NCBI GenBank assembly: GCA_977017575.1
Contig: CDRNVI010000185.1
Coordinates: 62,001 to 126,000 of the forward strand
Direction of reading: 5' to 3'
Length of the DNA stretch: 64,000 nt
From: Paramoeba atlantica
Taxonomy: Eukaryota; Protista; Discosea
Shown here piece by piece: positions 31,670 to 44,847 of the stretch; within the stretch, counting starts at the first letter, position 1; each line of letters opens with the position of its first letter. The position numbers and the translations under genes are program-made. The notes beneath the pieces were generated by a model, which was given only the letters and a program-made list of their open reading frames with translations, did no database searches and had not been told where the DNA came from.

Positions 31670-32191
31670 AAAGTGGCTCACTGATTATTTTTATGTTTAG
31701 CCTATTGGGGATGATGTTTTTTAGTCGGGCGCTCAATTCTGAAGAAAAAGAACCCGGTTTTGCAAATGCTGCGTTGGACTTTCCTAAGCAAACGATCTTT
31801 AGTGTTTCGTTCTGCTTGAAATTTCCACCATGTAAGCACTCACATAGTAGTACGATCTACAAACATGGACGTATACCACATGCAACACTGCTCAGCTCAG
31901 ACACATTCTATTTAAGTCTTTCAGTCTTAGTGAGAATTGACGTCAAGGATCTTGCACGCCTTGTGTAGGTATTACACGGCGTATGTCTTGTATCCGAAGA
32001 GTCTTCACAGGCTCGGCGATTAGTCTGTTTTTGTACATAAAAATGATAAACAAACATATCAGTGATGACATGTAACACGATTTTTCAGGCACAAAAATGA
32101 TCCAATCTTCAATGTCAGAGTTCTGCCATTTTATTGAGTAACACATTTCTTTTATTCCGTTCCCAACGGGCACATGCTTATGTGACTCAAA

Positions 32192-33040
32192 ATGAAACAA
32201 AATATTAACAAGCTGCAGTACTTTAAATCCAGCTATAGTGGCGCTTCTCAGACAGTTACCGATTCCCCCGAACACAAGCTACTTTGCTTTATACAAAACG
32301 TACATAATCCGGACACTACTTGGACTCATCTCACATTTCCTCAACGAGAAGAGACATCGAAAAGACTCTCTCGATGGAAAGGAGTGGCATGTGATGAGGA
32401 AGGAGAGGTCGTGCTTATTGCATGGGGAAACATGTCCCTTTCGGGAAACCTCTCCTGGACGTACTTCCCAAGCTCGGTTCGTTATTTATACCTTAGAGAC
32501 AACAGATTGGGTGGATTAATTGAATTCCCCGCACAATCTTTGTATTTAGAAATTGCAGAGCTTCAAAACAATCAGTTTGCTCAATCGCTTGCGTTGAATG
32601 AATTATCTGATTCCTTGACTCGATTGGATGTCAGTGTAAATCGTCTCGATGGTGAGTGCACGTTGCACTACTTGCCCTCCAGCCTTGAAAGTCTCAACCT
32701 TTCTCATAACTTGTTTACAGGAGGCGTATACCTCAATTTACTTCCGATTCCTTTAGGAGAACTTTTTCTCTCGTACAATGCATTAGGTTGTTCGTTAGAT
32801 TTACTCCATCTGCCTCCCTTCCTGCAGCGACTTCATCTCAATGACAATTCTTTTATTGGCAAACCAAATGTCTCGGAATTGCCTACGACGCTGACCGAAT
32901 TGCGAATGGAACGTAATTTTCTGTGGGGTCCGATTTTTATCTCCGACTTGAGACTGAACTTTACGATTAACCCGCAAGCAGGGGTATGCACACACGTAGA
33001 GCTTCGACGCACGGAGAGGAAATCTTGTAAGGTATCATAA
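32192..33040 (+). CDS. LRR protein, ends CKVS
   Basis: WKGVAC cap, about seven LRRs. Confidence 0.9.
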   Translation: MKQNINKLQYFKSSYSGASQTVTDSPEHKLLCFIQNVHNPDTTWTHLTFPQREETSKRLSRWKGVACDEEGEVVLIAWGNMSLSGNLSWTYFPSSVRYLYLRDNRLGGLIEFPAQSLYLEIAELQNNQFAQSLALNELSDSLTRLDVSVNRLDGECTLHYLPSSLESLNLSHNLFTGGVYLNLLPIPLGELFLSYNALGCSLDLLHLPPFLQRLHLNDNSFIGKPNVSELPTTLTELRMERNFLWGPIFISDLRLNFTINPQAGVCTHVELRRTERKSCKVS

Positions 33041-34742
33041 GAATAGCGTGATAAGGATCACTCCATGACAGTATCACAAAAATAGCGATTCAATGCAGAA
33101 ACTGTTTTCTGGTCAGCGCTCCCCTCCTTTGGTACAGTTTCTTTTAACTGGCATGACTTATGACCATAGTTCTCTGGTCTTTTCTTGGAATAGCTCAAGC
33201 AAAAGCACCTAAACGAAACAAGAAAAATCAGCTAAACAAACGAATAATTCTCACCAATTTTCTAATTCTCACCGCATATCAATTGTGCAGCATCCATTAC
33301 ATTAAGTCACTACCATGTTATTGAGGTCCACCACAAGCAAACCGAATTCCAACGGCGTTCCAAGAGGCCGAGCGAAGATTGAAGAAACAGAAAGCGCGAC
33401 AAGATTTCTGCATTGAAACGTCAACCTTTATTTCTTTCCTTAATCTAATCGCCCAAGAGAGAATACATATGTTTCCGTAAATTTATTGTGAATATTTGTC
33501 TTAATTTTTGACCCAAAATGAGCGGAACGGGGTTGTAGAGGGGTGACTCCTATCCAGACGCTTCTGGGCGCTTCTAACATCTATGGAGTTCGGACTTGGT
33601 AATTTGGGGTTAAGCAACCTAAACACCCGTATGGGGGACATTTTCTAAAAGCTTGTCCCTGGAGGTGGTAGATTGTCCCGCGGCTATCATTTTAGTAGGG
33701 TATATCTAGCAAGTTCGGCACACATTCATGTGGAGTGTAACACAGGGTACACGTGTGTGGAGTGTAAAAAGTGTATACAAGTAGTACAAGTGTAAGTCTT
33801 ATTCTGCTATTTCATCTATTTTCTTTGAATACACGTGCCTCCTGTGATTGTGCAGTAGACTAATACTTTTTTTTTCTTTTTGCTCTTCTGTCGATGTGCC
33901 TCTCTCTGGTGTGTCATTTTGGATTTAATTTCGCCCTTCGTCAATTTTTCATAGGTTTCTGCTTTCTTTTTCCCCTTTTTAGAACATTTCCCGATTTTTG
34001 TAACACCTTTTACTTTAATATCTCTTTAACCTCTTCTCGATACTCCTTGATACTCCTCGTTACTCGCCCTGTCATCCGCAAAGGCGCATGTGTCGCTCGC
34101 GACATCTACCCCTTTACTAATGGAGATTCAGATGATAAAATTTCAACTGAATCGACGTAGAGGCTTCGTTTGCCAACTTCTCATCACACACATTCTGCAT
34201 TCCAAAGTACCGTCAAAGTACTTATTAACAATAATAATAACAAGTAAGTCCTTTTTTCATCATCGGTGAATATGAATGGCCTACCTCGTTTATGAGGCGT
34301 GGTTAGATTTTTTAGTTCATAGCAGTGCTGTAGGATGACCTTTTTCTCATGGGTTGAGTTCCATAGGCGAATGCTACCAGTCACTGTGCGACCATTCGTA
34401 AGACGTTGAAATTCTTCAATTTCTTCAGCATTCCACGTTTTTCTAGTCTTTTTTTCCGTGCCGTTCCTATCGGACTCGTGGGCCTCCACAATCTCAATGA
34501 CATGTCGGGGGCCACAAAAAGAAGACTCCATGAGGGTTGGCTGGGCGGGTGCCATTGCCAAAAATTATTGAGGAGATTTCGGCGAAAATCTGGAAAAAAA
34601 ATAATTATTCCGTTAATTGTTATTCCGTTACTGTCCCCCCCTACTTATAGTGCCGTTTTGAAAAAAAAATTGTCCGAAAAAAAATGACCAATTTTTTTGA
34701 CCAAAAGGTAGAGTAAATATTGTGGAAATTTCTAATATATTC

Positions 34743-35946
34743 GAGGGGCTGCGGGTGTGCATCACCGAACCCGCACCGAACCCGCACCGAACCCGCGCTT
34801 TGCATTTGAGGTCGAACGAGGTCTATTTTAGACCCAAAAAATGGATTGTACACAAACAAAGTAGCTTAAAGTGAAGTTTTTTTAGTTTGCTACCGTACAT
34901 AGCCGCCTTACTGTGAAAATACGGTGTACGCTGTATACGGTGCTGTATACGAACGGTGTATGCATTACACAAATCAAATGTACAATTAATATACCCTCCA
35001 CAATACATGCATAATTCTTTTACATTATCCTCCTTTTTATATGATGAGCCCTGTTGAGAGCAACGCAGATTTCACTTCACGTATGAAGGTAACATCTGCG
35101 AGGGATGATGACGTATACGACGTCATTGTCGCATCGCTTATGCGCACCTTCACGAAGCGCAAAACTCCTTTCGCCCCCCCAGCGCTCGTTATCACTGAGG
35201 AGGAGTTGGGAGCCAAGGTGGAAGAATGCATAAGGCGCGTATCGCGCACGATGGACAGCTACTTACATGCCACACGTGGATTGCAACCACTGTTTTGTTC
35301 CATTCAAGGCACCACGCAAAGGTTGCCTTGATGAACACCAGGATCGGTTCAACCGCATGAATTCTTGGATTCGTTCAAGAATCGAGCGTTGTTTCGCTCA
35401 TTTCGATAAATTTCGTTTTTGTCATGGAACGGATCACGATATTACGTGGGTAAAGGATGCCGTTCAGATTGTATCTGTTGCAGTGTATGGTTTGCTTGCA
35501 TCAGAACCCCAGTACGACTTTGACAGTGAAATAAATGTACACTTACAAAATATCGATGACTCATCTTTTTGTTGGTGTAGCAAAGGGTGTGGTTTAGTCA
35601 AACCGATTGATGAACGGAGGGATTGGCTCAAAGAACACATATACGATGTGGGATATGTTCCCAAGAAACCACAGCATGGATCAAAAACTAAATAAAATTA
35701 AGTATCTAGTCGTTTTCCATGAATTGCGAAATGTAAACTACGTAGTCATATCGTATACATGGCTTATAAATTTTTGTTATTATCGTATATTATGTACACT
35801 ATGTATGTCGCACATTATGATTTCTCCTTCGATCTAACTATTTTTCTCCTTCAATGTCTGCAGCTCCGACTAATTTCGCATGCTTTCAGAGGATTTTTTT
35901 TCAACCCGCGCCGAACCCGCACCGAACCCGCGACCCGCAGCCCCTC
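34743..35946 (+). mobile_element. PIF/Harbinger- or ISL2EU-like relic
   Basis: 14-bp TIR gaggggctgcgggt, subterminal ccgaacccgc repeats, DDE_Tnp_4-like FNRMNSWIRSRIERCFAHF in ORF 35267-35695. Confidence 0.7.
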
Positions 35947-36195
35947 AGGTATGTAGTTTAAAAAAGGAGAATACCTAGTAAATGTTTTTTAGCTAGTAAA
36001 GTTCTACCTAGTAAAAGGTTTTTTTGATGGACGACTTCTAAAGCAAATTTAGGCAAATTCAGGAAAATTTAGAAAGGTTTCAGCCCTCTAAACCTCCTTC
36101 TGGGAGTGGGTAAAAAGGTTTCCAAACACTCAAGTCAACAAATGGCAAAGAAAACTTGAGTCGTCAAAAAACATTTGAAGATCTACATGGCACCC

Positions 36196-36308
36196 GCACA
36201 CTGATAACGCATAAAACTCGCACACTAATATTGCATAATGCACACTGATAATGCATATAAGCACACTGATAATGCATATAGGCACACTGATAATGCATAA
36301 AACTCACT
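36196..36308 (+). repeat. ~21-bp minisatellite x5 (gcacactgataatgcatata)
   Basis: Direct inspection. Confidence 0.85.
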
Positions 36309-37537
36309 GTCCCCCTTCCACCGCCAGTCCTCGTAACTTTCTGGCGAATAACAACTTTTTCCTCTGTCTCACGTTTAGACGCGGATGAGGCTTTCACTGC
36401 ACGCTGACTTTTTGCGTTTCGTTTTGCAAACTGCTGAGCAGTGGTTTGCGAATTTAAGGACTTTCTTCTCTTTACGTCAGGTTCGCCTACTTTCTTTCTA
36501 GGCGTAGACAATGCGAGAGAGAGAGAGAGAGCGCCAGAGAAGCTTTAACAAAGAGCGGGAGGCAATTTTAAGGAAAATGCACCTTAAATTGCTCCAAGAA
36601 ATTAATGGTAAGCACGCAGTGACGAAGGTATTTGTCTTTTCCGTTACGGAAACATACGGAAAACAGCTTGTCATTTCGAAATTTGTTCATGAATTAATGT
36701 TTCACAAATTTTTCTATTAGGGTATCTTTATTTCACAATTTTTTACAACCACTATACCCTATACACAGCAGTGGAGTAGAAACTCCATTTACAGCGCTTA
36801 GGCACACAAAACCACATGATAGAAAGAATTGCGCCGCGAGGCGGCACGCTTTTTTTTAAGGTGGAAAAAGTTTCACCCTCGACTTGAAACATACTACCCC
36901 CCCCCCCCCCCACTTATAGTTTGGTCAAAAACCGCGGCACTATAAGTAGGGGGGCACAGTAATTTTTATTCCAATGATTTTTATTCCGTTAATAAGTACT
37001 TTGACGGTAAGCCAAATGCAGATTTAACAAAATCAATTTTGTGTTGATTATAAAGTAAAATTTTGCGTTGATCAATGGAAGCTAAAAACTTTTCTACACG
37101 GTTTCTGACACGTCGAAACTCCCTATCAAAATCTTCATCAATATCACTACCCTTTTCTTGACAAAAACAGTGCCGAACGCTGATGAAGGATTTGTCAGCC
37201 CTCATCATTTCATCCCGTTGTTCAAAAATTGGAATTTCAAGGCATATCACTATTCAAGGCACCCACTATCATGAATGCTCCCGTAAAAAGGTCCATTCCA
37301 CGCCAATGGACAGCCGTCCATCATTATCAGCACCTGAAATGTCCAGCATTTCCCTCTAGTTTTATGGTTGTATAATTCTTTGGGCCCTCTACTATGCATA
37401 GGAACCCCATCTAGAATACTAAAACACATAATGAAGTTCGGTTCGAGGATCTAGAAACGCCGCTCTGCGTTCGCGGATACTGAAAAAATGTAAAATCATA
37501 TGCCAAAAATTAAAAAATGATGCAACAAATGTCTTTT

Positions 37538-38392
37538 TCAAATAACGATTTGCAAGCGCTTGGAGACACTCTTTATAGTCTTCTCGTGAGTACTTTTGAG
37601 ATCAGTTTGAAGTGCCTCGTATGCACTCTCGATACAAGAGCGGAGATCACCGCGATTACGAGGTCGCAAGCGATCCTTGCGCTGATCCATGATATTCCAT
37701 AAGTTTTCGATGGGGTTGAGATCCGGTGACTTTGCAGGCCAGGGGAACGTTCGCACGTTTTGCTGCTGAAAAGTACGCCTTGCCGAGTTGTGCGCAGGGC
37801 AATTGTCCACATCAACAACTGCAGGGTGCCTGTGCAGGTAGTTCAAAAGACCATTGGAATTGGTTCTTTGGTCATGGCAGCTTCAAAAACGGCTCCGGTC
37901 ACAGTCGCTCTATTTCCCTGCTCATCTCTAGTAGGAAAAATGTGGAGATGAAATCCATGCTTTATGCTTCCAGCCCACCCACGTATGCTTACCCTCTTCG
38001 TCATCTGATTCTTCCTTCCCCTCTTCCGTAAAAGAAGAAAACAGTTCTCGACGACGTACCCATGCCATAGCCTTATTTGGGAATCCATAAGAACGTCTTT
38101 CGTGATTCCAACCCTTTCTCAGGCTTTGACTATAGCCCTCTTTTGGTTTATCGTATCCATAAACTTGTACGTGTTTACGATACTCTCTAACCCCTGCTCC
38201 TTTGATATTTACACACCCAAACCCTTTGCACCACCAATATTTTCTGCGCAAGATCTTTTCTGATGACAGTAATGGAGAAGGCGCATTGTGCGCTCGCGCA
38301 GAAAGTGGGTCTTTAGACGATTGAATACCCCGACGTCGCACGGTTGGAGGACACTGGTACATTTCGCTGGAATAAATTATATTCGTAGCCAA
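37538..38392 (-). pseudogene. Tc1/IS630 transposase pseudogene
   Basis: DNCPAH...WPAKSPDLNPIENLW (DDE_3), spread over several broken frames. Confidence 0.85.
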
Positions 38393-39080
38393 GAAAATCT
38401 CTCTGCGTGCTTACACTCTGACCAAAATTCATTCCGGGTAAGAGCAGAAACGTGTACTCTACAGCAAACGAGGAGCAAAATTAAAGATTCGTCACCAGTA
38501 AGTTGCAGACTGTTATGCATTGTCTCGTAATACGAATGAAGAATTTTGTTAATATACTCCTTCAAGGTATCCGTGCAAATTTAGTGGCTCTTAGTTTGGT
38601 ATTGTACAACTTCGGGACAAGAACGGGCATGTGCTCGCGTAGATGCTTCGAGTCCGTTCCATACTACAAAGGGATGTAAAAGACCACCGGAGAGACATGC
38701 TGCAGCCACCAAAGTACAACTCCGCTTGTCACCCTTTGAAAAGTTGCTCGCCGCAGTTCCACGAAGAGGAACCCCGCGCTCCAAAAGCCCATTGTAACAA
38801 AGTCCCGTCTCATCCATGTTGATAGTTCGCCAATCACAGTACCATTCCATTCGGAATGCACTAGATAGCAAACGCGAAGCATTATGTCGCGTCCGCGATC
38901 CGTGAAGTTGCTTGGCAAAAGTGACTCAGGTGTAGACTTGAAGGATTTAAAACTGACAAGGGCATTTAGCCATCGGACAAATATGTGATATGACGGAATG
39001 AAAATTTCGTCATCTTTTTGCAGTGCCTTTTCTTTCACTCTACCGTCTTGAGCGTCCATCGTGCGTTGGGTAAACTCCAT
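38377..39080 (-). pseudogene. pogo/Tigger-like transposase pseudogene
   Basis: INMDETGL...KRSCTLVAAACLSGGLLHPFVVW (DDE_1) and a CENP-B-like HTH fragment; stops and frameshifts. Confidence 0.8.
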
Positions 39081-40849
39081 CGCCAGTATTCCGGAAATTC
39101 GCTCTCAATTACTCCATGAAGGTGTGTCCGATTGGCGCCACAAAAAAAGAGGAGACCATTTTCGTGGTGCTTTGCAATCAGCACCAAAGGTTCACCCAGA
39201 ATGATGTAGTCCAAAGGGACTTCACATCATGCCCGGGTAGGACCAGTGGCTATTATTTTCCAATTGCGACTTCTGTTTTTCCATCCATTCTACACAGAGC
39301 ATAATCACTGCCACTTCCAAACGATCAATACTTGCTTTTCGAAGAAGGGCAGTGAACTGCTTTAGCGGCACCTTCAAGGTAGGCGCTGCAGAAGGGGTAG
39401 CCCCGGCTACCCCTTCTGCAGTTTTTTCCTGCGAGTAGCAGGTCTTCCTTTCTTTAATATTGTAGAAACTGTAGAGGTGCTTAGGTTGACAGCAATAAAA
39501 AAAGGAACTAATGGAAACCCCGCTATCGTAAACAGAATGCTTTTGTACAAACCATGTAAACAAAACGCTATGTATACAAAATACTAACCTTGTTTTTGGT
39601 GGCCAGCTGGCCACTCTTGCACAACATGACCAGCTGTAACTACACTCTGCAACTGCAACACCAGTACAGTCATTGTCTCACATGGTCTCTCATGTGGGGG
39701 TCTCATTAGGAATTCAAAATTACAACACGCCATTATCCCGTCGTAGTAAATCCGCCTTTGCTTGCCTGGCATGGTGATCGCCGGAAAAAATCCGCGATTC
39801 TTTTCGCTGTCCAAGCGGTTACCCATTCTTTTTAGTGTTGTAACGTCGCGTAAAAGTGTTGCAAGTGAAAATTGTGTTTTGGAAGATTTTTCTGAATTGA
39901 AAAAGAAACTTATTATTCCCTTGCACGATTTTGGTACACTTCCTCCGAAACATTGGATTTAGGTACACTTCTTCCGAAATATCCGATTTCCCTCTTTATA
40001 ACCCTTTACTTCCAAAACTCCAGAAACGATCCGAAGTACGTACATAAGCCGCAATTGTATCATATTCTACAGTAGTGTACAAGGCCTAAGTCGTATAAGG
40101 GGGGGGTAACAGTATAACGTTTATGACATAGCTAAATGCCAATCTTAATGATGAATTGGACAAACTAAGAAGACGAGTCTTATGTGTTACACATATGACG
40201 TATCATTGAGTCCATCGGCTACCAATGGCTGATTTCAAAGAAACAACGTGTAATTTTTTGTTCCCCTTAGAACGGTAACCTTTGTAATTGTTTAATCACT
40301 TGTGCGCGCTGCCGAACAATTTACAGTGCTCGCAAAAATTAGTAAAACTTTTATCGTAAAATAAGAAAAAAGTTTTATATTTTTAAATACTATAAATAGC
40401 AATTACATAATAAAATAGAATTTAATTTCAAGTAATTATCTCCCTCTTTCTCCGATTGCTCTACATGATGATTCTTATGGAAGTCAAGAAACATGAGTTT
40501 CTAATGACTTCAATACACTATGCACCACGCTGATTCTTTTTGTTTTACGAATTAATGCTATACGAATAATTGTGTGCACTGTACTTTTTTTTTGTATTAT
40601 TATTGTACAGTGTCTTTTTTTTCGTACATTATTATAGTACAGTAGGTAAATAATTGTTTACATATTTGACACGTTTTTGTTGCTTGTTTCCATGTGGACA
40701 GATGCCGTACGCATTGAAGTACTGTAGTATATCAGAGTAGTGTACGAATAAGTACGTATAGTAACTTATTGCGGCGGTTCTATACCGTCCGAATGCACGA
40801 GCGGTGTCTTGCGAAGACGCAACTCACACTTGAGCATTTCTGCAAGACC

Positions 40850-41780
40850 GCTAAATGTGCTTTATTTGGCAAAGAATTTGGCTGATGTGCGCTCGTGAAG
40901 GGATCCCCCGGTGCCAACGGGGAGCACTATTGAATTGGCTTTTGTCCTGCAAACGGAATTCTTCCAGAGCTAGGAATATCAAGTCTGGCAGCTCACTTGC
41001 CAACGGTGAAGGGATTCTTTTACCTGAATAGCGTAGCATGTGTGCCCCTTTCGCCCACCGCGATGGAGAACGGGGAACATACATAGCGGGGAACATGTAC
41101 ATATCGGCAGCATAGCGAAGAATGTGCAAGTGGATGCGGTGTTTTCTTTTACAGCGGTGTAAAGCACGTCTGTAAAGATTGCGTCCCAATGTTGGCGGCA
41201 TCGATAGATGATTATGCACATGATTATACACATGATTATGGCCACTGGCGTCGCCATCCAACGCGGCAACGCTCAGATGCTGAGAGCGGCCTCGGGGGAG
41301 CAGGACTGTGGGCGGCGTGGGTAAAGGGGACTTTGTGGTGCCTTTCTTTTCTTAATTCTAAAGTTAATTGCATAACTCCACCTGTAATGAGGAACGATAA
41401 AATGTTTTTTGTAAGTTTAAGAACTTTTTTCTACTTGTAGGGGAGAAATTTCATTGAAAAACTATTATAGAGAAGGCTTTTGCAAGTGTTCGTGGGAATA
41501 ATGCAAACAATAGCGAGCGATGCCAAACAGTTTGGCGTTTCCCCAGAATTTCCCGGTGTTGAATCCTACGACTCTATTGCTGTGGGTGTGGGCGTGTTAG
41601 TATTGGCGGTGCATGAGCTGAGGCGGAAGAATTTCTTGGTTAAGTCGTAGTTTTTTGCCGCGAGATGAGAAAAGGAACCTTCCTTGGTCCGTCCAATATT
41701 CCTCGGAAATGGTTCACGTTGCCCCCTCTCTGCTCCTCGTATCCTCTATCACTAAACGTGGATCCTCCAGAAGTCGCGGG
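40850..41780 (-). pseudogene. Degenerate family-A CRE N-terminal fragment
   Basis: ENTASTCTFFAMLPIC...HRGGRKGHTCYA matches A1 ENSTAAWTLFAMLPKC...HRGGRKNHTTYA; EEYWTDQGRFL matches A3 ESWWTNEGRFL. Confidence 0.75.
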
Positions 41781-41898
41781 GGTTAAAGTGAAGCAAATAT
41801 AGCCTTTTTCGTACTTTTGACGTTTCCTTCATTTATATGGCGCAAATACAGTATACAGAATATTTGTCCTATGAAATATGCAGAATATTATCTTACTT

Positions 41899-42863
41899 AG
41901 AGGGGTGACTCTGGGTGGGAGCGCCTAGGATATCTTTCGTCAAAATTTTCTTCCTTAGTTTCTTAATATTTTTTACTTCAATCCGAAGATACAGAAATCA
42001 TGTTACTGGAATTGTTATTCTGCAGGGCTTAAGCAAGCGTTTCAGCATGTAATACACGTTAATAATACATTGTGCTTAGAGGGGTGAGTCTGGGTGGGAG
42101 CGCCTAGGATCCCGCCTAGGATTTTTTCCAACTTCTTTTTCGTGAAAAATCCGAACTTGGCGGACCCATCCTGCGCATACCAGGGGGGGGGGTCACCCCC
42201 ACGTGGGGTTGGAAAATTTGTTCACTTTTTTTTAATAATCGAGGGTACAGCGGTAGTTAAACAACCACCGCAATGCACCTAACGTTAAGACCGTCCAACC
42301 GGTGGGCTTTTTTTGGTCGAATGAGCAGAGCGTTGTAGTATCGGACTGCGTCAGGGACTCTGCTAGCTCACCCGCTAAAACTTCACTATCCCAGATTGTT
42401 GGTCCTGAACGGTCCTGGCTGGAGAAACGAAGTTTTTACGCCTCCATTCCTCCGGAGATGGAGTGGGATTCGACCACAGCTTGCACGAGTGCAGTTCCAC
42501 TTCCACCGAGGTTACAAGGTTGACACGCGAGAAAAGGTGGTGCTGACAACGTATTCCCGACAATGGACTTGCCACGCCGTCTTACAACCCCGGGACGCGG
42601 TTAACGACTCCGCGAATAGGGGTTAAACAGGAATAGAAATGGACAAATCCCTGCATCTAGCTGGAAGTCTTACTTCGGGAGGCTAGAAGTCTTACTTCGA
42701 CGCCGGTCTCCCTTTCTAACTCTTTGTCATGCTAGCCCAGCATGTTCCATCCAAGGGACATTGAGGATTCCGGACCTCTTTGCGAAAATCATTTCACCAA
42801 GTCGGATCTCCGTAGAAGTTTACTGGGAGCGCCTGGGAGCGCCCGGGCAGGAGTCGCCCCTCT
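41899..42863. mobile_element. MITE with agaggggtgactc TIRs (left end duplicated at 42078)
   Basis: Right end gagtcgcccctct; subterminal gggagcgcc repeats; solo end near 33537. Confidence 0.6.
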
Positions 42864-43784
42864 TGACATAACCAACTTAATGTTGAATACAGATACAATG
42901 AGTACGTAAATTGTCTAATATACGCAGCATCGTTTCGCCCCCGTTCTTCTTCAAGCTGCCGTTATATTTTTCCGCGATTGCTTGCACGCGGCCGGCTCTT
43001 CGACTCGACTTTCTAGTAGAAGCGTTCGAATCGGGGAGGAAGTGTGTTAGGTAGAAAGTTTCTACCAAACATCCCCGATTCGAACGCTTCTTTGTCGTCT
43101 AGTTCGCGCATTCGACGGTGTTTGTATGCACTCCCTCCGATGTAACCCATTGACGCCGGTGATTGACACTTTCCCATTTAAACTTTCGCCCGAGCTGATT
43201 GTTGTGTCTCGCCCCGTCTGTTCAAATTCTTGTACGGTTGCTGGAGGAGAGCTCCTCAATCCTTCGGACTAAAGTATTCGCCGTGCGGTCAGGAATGATT
43301 TCCATGAAGACTTCGGGGAGCATGTTAGTTCTCGTGGTGGATGCAATTGTCTGTGCGATTTCTGTCCCTTCACTGCGAACACGCCTCGCACCATGTTGTC
43401 CACGATGGCGCTTCCGAACCGGAAAAAGGTTTCATCGCATTGCATAAAAGAGAGACGAACGGTGCAAAACACGCCGACGTACATGAGCAGTTGTCGTAAT
43501 TGAATCAACCCACTGACGTAGAGATATCACTGGCGTAGAGATAAAACCAGCGGGTGTCTATGCTGCTTTATTTGCTTTTCGTGTGCATCTGAATTCTCAT
43601 ACAAAGAGACACGCCTTAAAAAAAACGAGCGCCCAATGTTACGATAGAGCCAATCTCTTTACAAGCGTTGCGTTGCTGGTGACAGTACTCGAGAGTCGCT
43701 TACGTTTTTCCATAAACCATTCTAAGCTTTGGTTTTTAGATTTCCAATGGAGAGTATGCAGTAGGTCTGTGTAAGTTCGTGTTG

Positions 43785-43860
43785 GTCCGTGACGAGCTGT
43801 GTAGGTACGTGTAGGTTCGTGGTAATCCGTGTAGATTCGTGTAGGTTGGTGTAGGTTTTT
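43785..43860 (+). repeat. Degenerate 10-bp tandem repeat (gtgtaggttc), echoed at 44545-44595
   Basis: Direct inspection. Confidence 0.7.
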
Positions 43861-44847
43861 TTTTGACATTTTTTGAGAAGGTTTATTGGCTCGGCCGCTA
43901 GGATGATTGCATGTAGGTAAATTAGACCGAATTAAACCACTGTCCGGGTTAATATTCCTGGTAGGGATATTAAGAGGGTATAGGAATATAACAAGGTATA
44001 GGAATATTAGAAAATTAGCAGAAAAGGACCAAAACATTTTTCGCGCCGCGAAGAGGCGCGATCTTTGATCTTGTCCTCGTTTGGGTCTTGTGCGTGCTTG
44101 GAGCTTGCTATTTTTATTTAAAAAACATACAAAAAAGGGATTTTCGAGGGGTGAGTTGTGTGGATCTCCTTAATCGATCACGAGTGCCGTGCGCATCTCG
44201 AGGCACACGCGGGAGGAAGGTAAACACAGGGGGCGGTGCTTCTTCGTCATGAATCACCAATAAATTTACTAACTTAAAGAAAAATGTACTCTGTGAAAAA
44301 AGAAAACAACTTTTTTGCAGTTACTTTTTCCGGTTTAGATATGATACTCCTCGGATTCGGAACGATTGGGTCGAAAAACAGATTTTTCCAAAATCGGACA
44401 AAATACAAGACCTGGAGGGGGGGGTAAAAGAGGCTGAACACTATTATAAGTTGAAAACAACCACCGCGTTTAACGAAGAGCCTAAAAAAGAAAAATATTG
44501 AAATGAACTAAAGTAAAACTACTAGAAATCGGAAAAAAGTGGTTCTGTGTAAGTCTGTGTGAATTCGTGTAGATCCGTGTAGGTTTGTGTAGGTTTTTTT
44601 TGAACCCCAACCTAGCCCATCTGCAGACTCTCCAATTATTTTGGTTCTTAGATTATATTGTTTAAAAGTCACAGTAACTTTTTCGAAGTACATAATGCCG
44701 GGCGAAACATGGTGAACGGTGGTGAATGAGAGATATAAAAATAGTAATGATCAGTGGATAACTTTTTCATGATTAAATCAAAATCAGAAGTAGCGAGACC
44801 CTTCTCAGAATAAAATTTAATTCAATAGTATCGGAGGAAAACGGCAT

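Larger units (their letters stand above)
34631..36959. mobile_element. Tc1/mariner-type non-autonomous element with ~26-bp TIRs and TA flanks
   Basis: ta|ctgtccccccctacttatagtgccg ... cggcactataagtaggggggcacag|ta. Confidence 0.8.
34210..37007. mobile_element. pogo-like deletion derivative with 20-bp TIRs and TA flanks (outermost nested element)
   Basis: ta|ccgtcaaagtacttattaac ... gttaataagtactttgacgg|ta; minus ORF 34184-34561 has an HTH-like KRGRPFIFTDDEKR. Confidence 0.7.

Noticed and set aside
36196-36308. CRISPR-like array
   Set aside because: Contiguous minisatellite without unique spacers; eukaryotic context and no cas genes.
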